A DNA stretch of 41,849 nucleotides from Bacteroidales bacterium (lineage in GTDB: Bacteria; Bacteroidota; Bacteroidia; Bacteroidales; UBA7960): positions 1-41,849 of the forward strand of contig SKSI01000081.1 in assembly GCA_007123065.1 (NCBI GenBank). Reading direction: 5' to 3'. The first letter of the stretch is position 1. Each line of letters opens with the position of its first letter. Both the position numbers and the translations under genes were made by a program. The notes below the pieces were generated by a model that worked only from the letters and a program-made list of their open reading frames with translations, made no database searches and was not told where the DNA came from. Below, piece after piece: positions 1-7,495 of this stretch.

Positions 1-575
1 ATGAGCAGGATCATTTTGAGTATTTTGAATCACTCAGCAAATCTCTCTCTGAAGTATATCCGACCAATAAGCACGTAATGGATTTAAATCGCAGGGTAGG
101 AAGACATCACAGAGACCTTGACCGTCGGAATCATTTTGGTGGCAACCTTGATAAAGGAAGCATTGCACCCGAAATTGTTTTGCCGGACACCTCGGGATCA
201 ATGACTGCCCTGTCTTCTTTGCGTGGAAACTATGTGCTTATCGATTTCTGGGCTGCCTGGTGCACGCCTTGCCGCGAAGCGAATCCGCAACTGCTCGAGA
301 TATATGAACAATATCGCGATTATGGGTTTGAAATTTACGGTATTTCTCTGGACCGCACCCGCGATCAATGGATACAGGGGATAAACGAGGATAAGATAGA
401 CTGGGTTCAGGTAAGTGATCTGCGATTCTGGAATTCTCCAGTTGTAAGCCTATACAATATCCAGGGAATTCCTTACGCCGTTTTGGTTTGTCCGGAAGGT
501 ACAATCCTTCAAAAAGGGATAACAATTCCTGAATTAAGGGAGTTTCTAAAAGCTCGCTTTGATAACCTGCCCTAA
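1..575 (+). CDS. thioredoxin-fold thiol:disulfide oxidoreductase (TlpA/AhpC-TSA-like), 5' end outside window
   Basis: The frame of the listed 78..575 ORF stays open back to nt 3, so the gene starts upstream of the window. CxxC active site in DFWAAWCTPC. Thioredoxin-fold C-terminal region (GIPYAVL). Stop TAA 573-575. Confidence 0.85.
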   Translation, partial: EQDHFEYFESLSKSLSEVYPTNKHVMDLNRRVGRHHRDLDRRNHFGGNLDKGSIAPEIVLPDTSGSMTALSSLRGNYVLIDFWAAWCTPCREANPQLLEIYEQYRDYGFEIYGISLDRTRDQWIQGINEDKIDWVQVSDLRFWNSPVVSLYNIQGIPYAVLVCPEGTILQKGITIPELREFLKARFDNLP

Positions 576-576
576 A

Positions 577-1164
577 CTACCAGAGCTTTTCAACATCATA
601 AGCATTCTCTTCAATACGGCTATAATGGTCTGAAGGGAGGTCCCAGGCCAGCCGGGTCGCTTTTTCATTTAACACGGCGAGTTTCCTGTTTTGTGCATCA
701 AAAAGCAACGTGCCATTATAATCATAAAATGGCGGGTAATAGATATGAAGGGCTATTGTGGGTTCAAGGGGAGAAGTGTTTTGAAGTTTATGGATCACGT
801 TATATGGCTCATAGATGATCTCACCAGGCTTGAAGGTCTTCGTAGGATGAAGATATACCTTCCTTTTCCGGGCTGCATAACCGTAAATTGTTTCACTTAC
901 AAGCCCTTTTAAAGGAATAACATAACCCCAGAAATTTTTATGCTGGTGGATCGGTAAAAGAAATTGTGGTGGCCATATCGATAAAAAAACCTGAAAAGGT
1001 TGATCAGAAATGCTTATTTTGGCATACGCCTCAGTAGAATGACCTTCCAGGTAAGATTCATATTCAATTTTTGTAAAGTCTGTTTTTGTCAATAATTCGT
1101 GCGTCCTGGCAGGTGTGATCGATTTTTTGTCTGTTTGTTCTAAAACTTGTAGCAGGTTTTTCAT
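577..1164 (-). CDS. cupin-fold metalloprotein, cysteine-dioxygenase-type-I-like (function uncertain)
   Basis: 195-aa ORF with the His-containing cupin-like motif LPIHQHKNFWGYVIPLKG and a later NVIHKLQN. No signal peptide. Family assigned by motif resemblance only. Confidence 0.6.
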   Translation of the reverse strand: MKNLLQVLEQTDKKSITPARTHELLTKTDFTKIEYESYLEGHSTEAYAKISISDQPFQVFLSIWPPQFLLPIHQHKNFWGYVIPLKGLVSETIYGYAARKRKVYLHPTKTFKPGEIIYEPYNVIHKLQNTSPLEPTIALHIYYPPFYDYNGTLLFDAQNRKLAVLNEKATRLAWDLPSDHYSRIEENAYDVEKLW

Positions 1165-1356
1165 GATTATTCCCTTTGCTGTTTTTTATGTGTTGTGAAT
1201 GAAGTTATTATACCCCGAAATATGTTTTTTTCGGGACCATAAATATAACACAATTTGTATAAATATGCTGATTTATTTTGATTGTTCGTAATAACAAGAA
1301 TCTTGACGCGCTTTCCACTATTTTATTTTACTTTTGCTTATTGACGAAATAATCAA

Positions 1357-1364
1357 TAGGTTTG
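1357..1364 (+). promoter_or_regulatory. candidate Bacteroidota -7 promoter box (TAGGTTTG) for lpxH, with TTTG at 1333-1336 as a possible -33 element
   Basis: Exact match to TAnnTTTG, 27 nt upstream of the ATG at 1392. The upstream TTTG lies 20 nt before the box. Confidence 0.45.
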
Positions 1365-1391
1365 CCTGACATTTTTGTTTGACAGAAAGCG

Positions 1392-2171
1392 ATGCCGGAT
1401 CATAAAAAAATATATTTTGTTTCCGATAGCCATTTGGGTGTTCCGGATGCGGATAAAAGCAGACAGCGGGAAGACTTATTGGTTTCCTGGCTCGATGATG
1501 CCGGCAGGGACGCGAAAGCCATATTTTTACTCGGAGATATTTTCGATTTTTGGTTTGAATATCGAAGTGTTGTGCCCAAAGGATTTGTGCGTTTACTGGG
1601 TAAACTTGCTTCACTGGCTGATCAAGGGATTGAAATTCATTACTTTATAGGTAACCACGACATGTGGGTATTTGATTACTTTGAAAAGGAAATTGGTGTC
1701 ACAATGCATCGAGAACCTTTTAAGACCATCATAATGGGTAAAACTTTCTATGTTGGCCATGGTGATGGATTGGGTCCGGGCGATCGTGGATATAAACTTT
1801 TAAAAGCATTTTTCAGATGCCGGTTTTGCCAGAAGCTCTTTTCATTCCTGCATCCCGGCTTTGGTATCGGAATGGCCAGATTCTTTTCCAAAAGAAGCCG
1901 AGTTGCCAACAACAGCAATCCTGAAGTATACAATGGGAAGGAAAATGAAAGCTTGTATCACTATTGCCGGCAAGTATTGCAGAAAGATCAGGTTGATTAT
2001 TTCCTCTTCGGACACCGGCACCTTCCCCTGGATCTGGATATCGCTCCGGGTGTGCGTTATATCAATACCGGCGACTGGGTCAAGTATTTTTCCTATGCTG
2101 TTTTTGATGGAACCAACCTTGAGCTAAAGACTTTTAGAAAGCCTGAAGATGATGCCACTCTGAAGCAATGA
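1392..2171 (+). CDS. lpxH: UDP-2,3-diacylglucosamine diphosphatase
   Basis: Calcineurin-like metallophosphoesterase motifs in LpxH order: VSDSHLG, GDIFDFW, GNHD, GHGD, GHRH. Length of 259 aa is typical. Confidence 0.85.
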   Translation: MPDHKKIYFVSDSHLGVPDADKSRQREDLLVSWLDDAGRDAKAIFLLGDIFDFWFEYRSVVPKGFVRLLGKLASLADQGIEIHYFIGNHDMWVFDYFEKEIGVTMHREPFKTIIMGKTFYVGHGDGLGPGDRGYKLLKAFFRCRFCQKLFSFLHPGFGIGMARFFSKRSRVANNSNPEVYNGKENESLYHYCRQVLQKDQVDYFLFGHRHLPLDLDIAPGVRYINTGDWVKYFSYAVFDGTNLELKTFRKPEDDATLKQ

Positions 2172-2187
2172 TTGTCGGTATTTTCCA

Positions 2188-3291
2188 TTAATTTGTTAAT
2201 GGGGGTATAGATATTCTGAAGGTTGTTCCTTTTTCTTTTCCGGACTCAAAGCTTACTTTTCCGTGCAGGTATTTCTCTGTGAGGATCTTAATACTATATG
2301 TGCCCCATCCGCGTCCGCGTGATTTTGTTGAAAACGATTTCTGAAACAGCTTTAGCTGGTCTTTTTCGGGGATAAATTCCGGGTTGTGTACTAAAAAAAC
2401 AGCACGGTTATCGTGTTGATCGATCTTGCCTGCAATGCTTACACCGTCTATGCCATTACCCGCCTCCAGCGCATTTTTCAATAAATTGATAAGAACCTGG
2501 CGCAGCAACGTGCGTTCCGTTGTGATGCTGCTGTTTTCGTCACAGTCAATATGGATATCCCTTTTCGCAAATCGTTGAATGCTGCGCAATGCCTTTACCA
2601 CATCGTTTAGGATCGTTTTAAGCGACACCTCCGAAAAGTTTGTTTCCAATGTATGTGTTTCGGCGTTGCTTAAAAGTTTGTATGACTGTATCTCATCGGC
2701 TATATTGGTGGAGACTTCCCCAAGCATTGTTCTGACTTTTTCAGGAGGAATCATCTCGAATGTTTCGCTGATTCCCTGCAATACCGAGGCTGTGTTTAAG
2801 ATGTCATGAAGGAAAATGTTCTCCAGCATTTGCCGCCTTTTCTTTTCACTGATGTCTTCCAGCGCACAAAAAATATAATGCCTTCCTTTATGAATGAATG
2901 GTTTTGTTGTGACGCTCAATGTAAGGGATGCGCCATTTTTTAGTGCAATATTGCACTCACTGGATCCATTTTCTCCCCGCTGACTGGCGGAAATGGCAAT
3001 ATTGAAGCCGCAAACCTTGCAAAATTCTGATGAACCACAGCCAAGTTCACCCTTTTCTGCATTGATGCATCCAAGGCATGTGCCAGGAAGATGCCCTTTT
3101 GCTGCATTGCCGACGGCTTCATTGGCATCAACCGGATTCCGGTTGAGGTAAATAACCTGTCGCTCCGTGTTGAGGATCATGATGACGTTAGGTGCATCCT
3201 CAAGCAAACGGGCAAATTGCAAGCTTTCTAAAATTCCTTTTACCTGCCGTTGAGCAGCATCAAGATTGCCGTTATATTTGTTGTGGCGCAT
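2188..3291 (-). CDS. cytoplasmic sensor histidine kinase with an N-terminal PAS-like domain carrying a Cys-rich insert
   Basis: H-box FLHDILNTAS, N-box LINLLKNALEA, G-box STKSRGRGWGTYS. No TM segments. Cys cluster: C72, C75, C85, C91, C94, C113 (CLGC..GCGSSEFCKVCG). Confidence 0.85.
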   Translation of the reverse strand: MRHNKYNGNLDAAQRQVKGILESLQFARLLEDAPNVIMILNTERQVIYLNRNPVDANEAVGNAAKGHLPGTCLGCINAEKGELGCGSSEFCKVCGFNIAISASQRGENGSSECNIALKNGASLTLSVTTKPFIHKGRHYIFCALEDISEKKRRQMLENIFLHDILNTASVLQGISETFEMIPPEKVRTMLGEVSTNIADEIQSYKLLSNAETHTLETNFSEVSLKTILNDVVKALRSIQRFAKRDIHIDCDENSSITTERTLLRQVLINLLKNALEAGNGIDGVSIAGKIDQHDNRAVFLVHNPEFIPEKDQLKLFQKSFSTKSRGRGWGTYSIKILTEKYLHGKVSFESGKEKGTTFRISIPPLTN

Positions 3292-3343
3292 AGATTCTGT
3301 TCAATACTTTTGATGGCTAAGGTACAAAAAATAAAAAATCGTG

Positions 3344-3351
3344 TATTTTTG
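3344..3351 (+). promoter_or_regulatory. candidate -7 promoter box (TATTTTTG) for the DUF4301 gene
   Basis: Exact TAnnTTTG, 22 nt upstream of the ATG at 3374. It lies inside the GTG-extended ORF (3341), which argues for the 3374 start. Confidence 0.4.
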
Positions 3352-3373
3352 TTATGAATTAAACCAATTAACC

Positions 3374-4912
3374 ATGCTGAACGAAAAAGATATCAGACAA
3401 CTGGAAGAAAAAGGGATAAGCCGTGAACTCCTCCTGGAACAGATCAATCGCTTTAAAAATGGTTTTTTACCATTGCGGCTTGACAAGCCGGCAACTGCGC
3501 TGGATGGCATCCTTGTTCCCGATGATGCGGCAACCAGGAAAATGGTGACATTGTTTGATCGTTCAGGGAGTGAATATTCCATGCTGAAGTTTGTTCCCGC
3601 CAGCGGAGCTGCCACCCGCATGTTTAAGGATGTGTTTGTCTGGCTGGATCTTCTGAAGGCGGGAGTAGGTGCGGATGAATTGTTGCAAGACAACAGGGAG
3701 GCCGCGAGGTTTTTTGAGAATATCGAGAAACTTGCTTTCTGGGATAATCTTAGACTGGTGATGGATAAGGATGACCTGGATGCGGACCACCTTCTGGAGT
3801 CAAAAAATTATTTACCGATTCTTGATTATCTGCTTTTTGATGCAGGGTTGGATTATGCTTCGCTACCTAAAGCACTGATTGCTTTTCACCAGTACGATGG
3901 TTATACACGGACAGCTATGGAAGAGCATCTGGTGGAGGGTGCTTTCCATACAGTTGATGCATCAGAAGCAGTCAGGGTCCACTTTTCTCTGTCTCCGGAA
4001 CATACCGGAAAGTTTGAACACTTGCTGAATCAAGTCCGTGAAAAATATGAAAACAGATACTCAGTAAAATATGAGGTTGCCTGGTCTGTGCAAAAATCAT
4101 CAACGGATACCATTGCCGTGGGGCTCGATAACCTGCCATTCAGGGAAAGAGACGGTAGTCTGCTGTTCAGGCCCGGCGGACACGGTGCGCTGATCCGCAA
4201 TCTCCAGGATCTTGATGCAGATATTATTTTTATCAAAAATATCGATAATGTTGTACCGGATCACCTCAAGCAGGAAACAATAAAATGGAAAAAAGCACTG
4301 GGCGGATTGCTGATTGACAGGATGGAGGAGGCCCACAAGTGGTTGAGACGGATTGATGATGGCGTGCTTACCCTTTTGGAGTATAAAGAGGCTTTGACCT
4401 TTGCCGGTGACCAGCTAAATATTGACATTTCCCTGTTTCCTGAGAATTTAGCTGATGGCACCCCTGTGCTTTATAATGCCCTGAACCGGCCCATTCGGGT
4501 GTGCGGCATGGTTAAAAATGAGGGGGAGCCGGGCGGCGGTCCTTTCTGGATAAGAGATGCAAAAGGGAGCAGGTCATTGCAAATTGTGGAAATGTCACAA
4601 ATCAACCTGGATGATCCTGAACAAAAAAAACTGGTGGAACAGGCCACGCATTTCAACCCCGTGGACATTGTTTGTTGCATAAAAAACCATAACGGGGAGT
4701 TTTTTGATCTTCAGGAGTTTGTTGACCCGGAAACCGGTTTCATAAGTCATAAATCCAAGGATGGTAAGGCGTTGAAAGCACTGGAACTTCCCGGACTATG
4801 GAATGGCGCGATGGCAGGCTGGAATACGATTTTCGTTGAAGTGCCGGCAATCACCTTTAACCCGGTTAAAACCATCAACGACCTTTTACGCAACGAACAC
4901 CAGCAGCAATAA
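3374..4912 (+). CDS. DUF4301-family protein with UDP-sugar pyrophosphorylase (UDPGP)-like motifs
   Basis: 512 aa from the ATG at 3374 (MLNEKDIRQLEEKGIS). FVPASGAATRMF, LLFRPGGHGALI and VKNEGEPGGGPFW resemble nucleotidyltransferase and UDPGP signatures. Family name is from memory of Bacteroidota annotations. Confidence 0.7.
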   Translation: MLNEKDIRQLEEKGISRELLLEQINRFKNGFLPLRLDKPATALDGILVPDDAATRKMVTLFDRSGSEYSMLKFVPASGAATRMFKDVFVWLDLLKAGVGADELLQDNREAARFFENIEKLAFWDNLRLVMDKDDLDADHLLESKNYLPILDYLLFDAGLDYASLPKALIAFHQYDGYTRTAMEEHLVEGAFHTVDASEAVRVHFSLSPEHTGKFEHLLNQVREKYENRYSVKYEVAWSVQKSSTDTIAVGLDNLPFRERDGSLLFRPGGHGALIRNLQDLDADIIFIKNIDNVVPDHLKQETIKWKKALGGLLIDRMEEAHKWLRRIDDGVLTLLEYKEALTFAGDQLNIDISLFPENLADGTPVLYNALNRPIRVCGMVKNEGEPGGGPFWIRDAKGSRSLQIVEMSQINLDDPEQKKLVEQATHFNPVDIVCCIKNHNGEFFDLQEFVDPETGFISHKSKDGKALKALELPGLWNGAMAGWNTIFVEVPAITFNPVKTINDLLRNEHQQQ

Positions 4913-4928
4913 GCAAAACCATTTGCCT

Positions 4929-6347
4929 CTAATCCGCCTGTTGAAGAATGTAATCCTGCATAAATCTCGCAAGGTGTTCAGAACCAATGTCTTTGGCAAT
5001 TATTTTTTTGTCACGGTCAAGGACGAATATCTGTGGGATGGCATAAATCTTGTAAACATCCAGGAAGTCTGATTTCCCGTATATGTCGTTCCCGTGAATC
5101 CAGTCGTATTGATAGGTGGTAATGCCGTCCAGCCATTTTTGCTTATCATTTTCAATGTTTATTGCAAAAACACGAACACCCTTTTCCGATAGCTGGTCAT
5201 AAGATTGTTTTAATGATGCAGTGGCTTGCTTGCAAAAGGCACACTCTGCATCCCAGAAGTAGAGTACGAGGTATTCAGCATCAATGGCATGGAGGCGGAT
5301 AGGTTTACCCTCCGGATCGTTAATTTCAAAATCAGGTGCCACATTACCAATCAAAAGGGGCTTCATATCCATTGCCCGGTCAATGATTCGTTTTAGTCTT
5401 TCCTCCTCAACCCAGTCAACGTCACTTGTCATATAATAATTCTCTGCCAGATGTACAAAAACCTTATCCATCCCCAGGTATTGTGAAGACTCTGCATTAT
5501 TGGTGATAAACCACAATGTGTATTTGAACATCTCCTTATTCGCTTTTGCTTTATTCAATACCCGGTCTGCCTCTTTTATGATACTGTCTGGATGTTGAAT
5601 GAGCACATTGTTAAAATAAATCCTTAAACGTGCATGATACACAGGAGTTTGTAAAATTCTGTCATCCAAAAAATCAATATTGTCAAAAAAACGGGATTTA
5701 TAGATCTGATACATCTTTTCCCTGTCCATAGTGCCGTCAGATAATAATGGCGGATCTGGCATTTCCGGATCACGCTGAGCCAGGATGATTCGTGATAACA
5801 AGGCTTCCGGATCTGCTTCAATGATCTCGTTCTGCTTGTTCAGCACTTCTTTGTCCATCGCGGCAAGTTCCTGTTGAATTGCTGACTGTCTTTGAGCAGA
5901 TGTTGCAGACTGATTCAATTCCCTTTCCAGGGCATTGCGTTTTCTGCCCATTTCTCCAAGGAAGTGTATGTAATCGTAAAACAGTTCGTTGTCGCGGGCA
6001 TTCCGGAATGATGCAGTTCCGACCAGATCATCCGCATCCGCCTCGACTTCAAATATTTGATTGCTGTCAATAATGATCTCAAAATTTTTGTCATCATCGA
6101 GAACTACCAGGTACATACCGGGAACAAGCGGCTCTTCACCGGTAAAAACAAAGCTGTTGGCATTATCAACATAAGCCGTGTCAGCGAGGTATTGCCTGTT
6201 GCCAAAATGATAGGCTAGATAGATTTCTGTCCCATCATAATTATTGATATTAATGCCAATATGATGACCTTTTTCTGCATGGGCTGACATTGTAAGCAGG
6301 AGCAAGATTAGATTCAGCAAAATGTATTGGCGAATTATTTTTTTCAT
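4929..6347 (-). CDS. secreted thioredoxin-fold protein (TlpA-like C-terminal domain, long N-terminal extension)
   Basis: N-terminal signal peptide (LILLLLTMSAHA). C-terminal thioredoxin fold with CxxC in YFWDAECAFCKQ and IPQIFVLD. Second TlpA-like paralog in the window. Confidence 0.8.
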   Translation of the reverse strand: MKKIIRQYILLNLILLLLTMSAHAEKGHHIGININNYDGTEIYLAYHFGNRQYLADTAYVDNANSFVFTGEEPLVPGMYLVVLDDDKNFEIIIDSNQIFEVEADADDLVGTASFRNARDNELFYDYIHFLGEMGRKRNALERELNQSATSAQRQSAIQQELAAMDKEVLNKQNEIIEADPEALLSRIILAQRDPEMPDPPLLSDGTMDREKMYQIYKSRFFDNIDFLDDRILQTPVYHARLRIYFNNVLIQHPDSIIKEADRVLNKAKANKEMFKYTLWFITNNAESSQYLGMDKVFVHLAENYYMTSDVDWVEEERLKRIIDRAMDMKPLLIGNVAPDFEINDPEGKPIRLHAIDAEYLVLYFWDAECAFCKQATASLKQSYDQLSEKGVRVFAINIENDKQKWLDGITTYQYDWIHGNDIYGKSDFLDVYKIYAIPQIFVLDRDKKIIAKDIGSEHLARFMQDYILQQAD

Positions 6348-6366
6348 TTTTCCCCTTTATTTTAAT

Positions 6367-6387
6367 TTTTCACTTTTCATTTTTCAC
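6367..6387. repeat. (TTTTCAY)3 heptanucleotide tandem repeat
   Basis: ttttcac ttttcat ttttcac in the 45-bp spacer between the DUF5063 stop and the TlpA-like start. It is the reverse complement of the ATGAAAA unit at 18401-18421. Confidence 0.8.
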
Positions 6388-6392
6388 TCAAC

Positions 6393-6941
6393 TTACAGCT
6401 CCCAGCTTTCATCCTTTAATATATCCGGACTGATGTCTTCCTTAAAAAGTATCTGATGTACTGCTGATAGTGCCTGGATTGCAGCAGGCCCCCAGCGCCA
6501 TTTGTACAATGAGGTAATGTTTGCGATGGCGTTTTGACGTGCAATCTGAATATTTTTCTGATACAGCATGATGAAATCCTTCATGTCCTGGTAAATATCT
6601 GCCATGTTGTCTGACAGACTGGCTTCTGTAGAATCAAAATTGTGGTCATGTATATAGTAGGTGTCCAGATTGCCAAATTTATCTCGCAGGTCTTTAAACA
6701 CTGTCTCCCAATCCTCCTCGGTTATATAGCGTTCATTGTGTGCGTCGCTGTTCAATGGTAATTCCGGTAGCATTGCCCCTTTTAAATACAATAATGGAGC
6801 CATTTTATGAAAATAGTTCAAAATATCTTCCAGCTTATAAGATGCTGCTTTTTCAAAAAACAGACAATATTCGTTGGCTACCGTCAGCATTTCAATAACA
6901 GGTGTTGAAACGGTAGGGTCATCTGTTTGATTTTTATTCAT
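6393..6941 (-). CDS. DUF5063-like hypothetical protein
   Basis: 182-aa acidic soluble protein. VIEMLTVANEYCLFFEKA resembles the conserved N-terminal block that I recall for Bacteroidota DUF5063 proteins. Confidence 0.55.
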   Translation of the reverse strand: MNKNQTDDPTVSTPVIEMLTVANEYCLFFEKAASYKLEDILNYFHKMAPLLYLKGAMLPELPLNSDAHNERYITEEDWETVFKDLRDKFGNLDTYYIHDHNFDSTEASLSDNMADIYQDMKDFIMLYQKNIQIARQNAIANITSLYKWRWGPAAIQALSAVHQILFKEDISPDILKDESWEL

Positions 6942-7008
6942 AATGTAACTTGGTTTGTTTTGATTTTACAAAGGTTGTTTTTTTTGTTGAATTGAAAAAG
7001 ATTTTTTG

Positions 7009-7016
7009 TAGTTTTG
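7009..7016 (+). promoter_or_regulatory. candidate -7 promoter box (TAGTTTTG) for the tRNA-Leu pair
   Basis: Exact TAnnTTTG, 12 nt upstream of the first tRNA 5' end. Confidence 0.45.
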
Positions 7017-7028
7017 CACCGCTATTCT

Positions 7029-7112
7029 GCCCAGATGGTGAAATTGGTAGACACGCTACTTTGAGGGGGTAGTGGCCGCAAGGCCGTGCAAGTTCGAGTC
7101 TTGTTCTGGGCA
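7029..7112 (+). tRNA. tRNA-Leu (anticodon GAG)
   Basis: Acceptor GCCCAGA/TCTGGGC plus discriminator A. Anticodon stem CTACT/GGTAG with loop TTGAGGG. Long variable arm GGCC-GCAA-GGCC. T-loop TTCGAGT. No encoded CCA. Confidence 0.9.
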
Positions 7113-7186
7113 CAACGATCATCAAGCTGATACGTGTTTTTATCATAGCTAAACACATTTATTGATGAAATGTTCTTAAAAGTACT

Positions 7187-7270
7187 GCCCGGATGGCGAA
7201 ATTGGTAGACGCGCTAGTTTCAGGGACTAGTGTCGGTAACGACGTGAAGGTTCGAGTCCTTTTCCGGGCA
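7187..7270 (+). tRNA. tRNA-Leu (anticodon CAG)
   Basis: Acceptor GCCCGGA/TCCGGGC plus A. Anticodon stem CTAGT/ACTAG with loop TTCAGGG. Long variable arm. T-loop TTCGAGT. Confidence 0.9.
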
Positions 7271-7275
7271 CAAAA

Positions 7276-7301
7276 GGGGTTGATTTTCAACCCCTTTTTT
7301 T
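7276..7301 (+). terminator. rho-independent terminator after the tRNA-Leu pair
   Basis: Stem GGGGTTGA/TCAACCCC (8 bp, 3-nt loop) followed by a run of 7 T. Confidence 0.8.
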
Positions 7302-7451
7302 GTATATTCGATCCATATTTTATATTCAGATAAAACCGGAAGCTTTAAACCGGAAGCCGGAAGGAATGCGTTTGGCACTTAAAGTTGAGATTGATAAAGG
7401 TGTTGTGCATTGGACCTTGGTAAAAGAAACGGCTTCAGCAAGGTAATGGCG

Positions 7452-7495
7452 CAATAAATCAATAAACCAATAAACCACTAATCCAAATACCAATA
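7452..7495. repeat. (CAATAAAY)-type octanucleotide tandem repeat, about 5.5 units, abutting the start codon at 7496
   Basis: caataaat caataaac caataaac cactaatc caaatac caataATG. Units degenerate toward the start codon. Confidence 0.7.

Noticed and set aside
76-80. An apparent frameshift or overlapping stop-start (TAATG) at the head of the first gene, which would suggest a pseudogene.
   Set aside because: The thioredoxin-domain frame is open all the way to nt 3. The frame-1 ATG..TAA peptide (1-78) is a short spurious ORF, and the gene is simply cut by the window edge.
1214-1235. The hairpin CCCGAAA-n8-TTTCGGG, considered as a terminator.
   Set aside because: It lies in a divergent promoter region with no gene reading into it, and neither strand has a T-tract after the stem.
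2185-2202. The inverted repeat CCATTAA-tttg-TTAATGG between lpxH and the kinase, considered as a bidirectional terminator.
   Set aside because: The stem is entirely A/T-rich and 7 bp long, it overlaps the kinase stop codon, and it has no flanking T-tract. That is too weak to call.
3341-3373. N-terminal extensions in the supplied ORF track: 3341 (GTG), 18439, 25295, 25252, 28134, 34939 and 39291.
   Set aside because: The extensions cover promoter boxes, tandem repeats or the neighbouring gene (for example, 39291 overlaps rlmN by 44 nt). Internal Met starts give family-typical lengths and signal peptides.
6934-7158. A 74-aa minus-strand ORF.
   Set aside because: It lies directly antisense over tRNA-Leu(GAG) and its promoter, so it is an artefact of the tRNA sequence.
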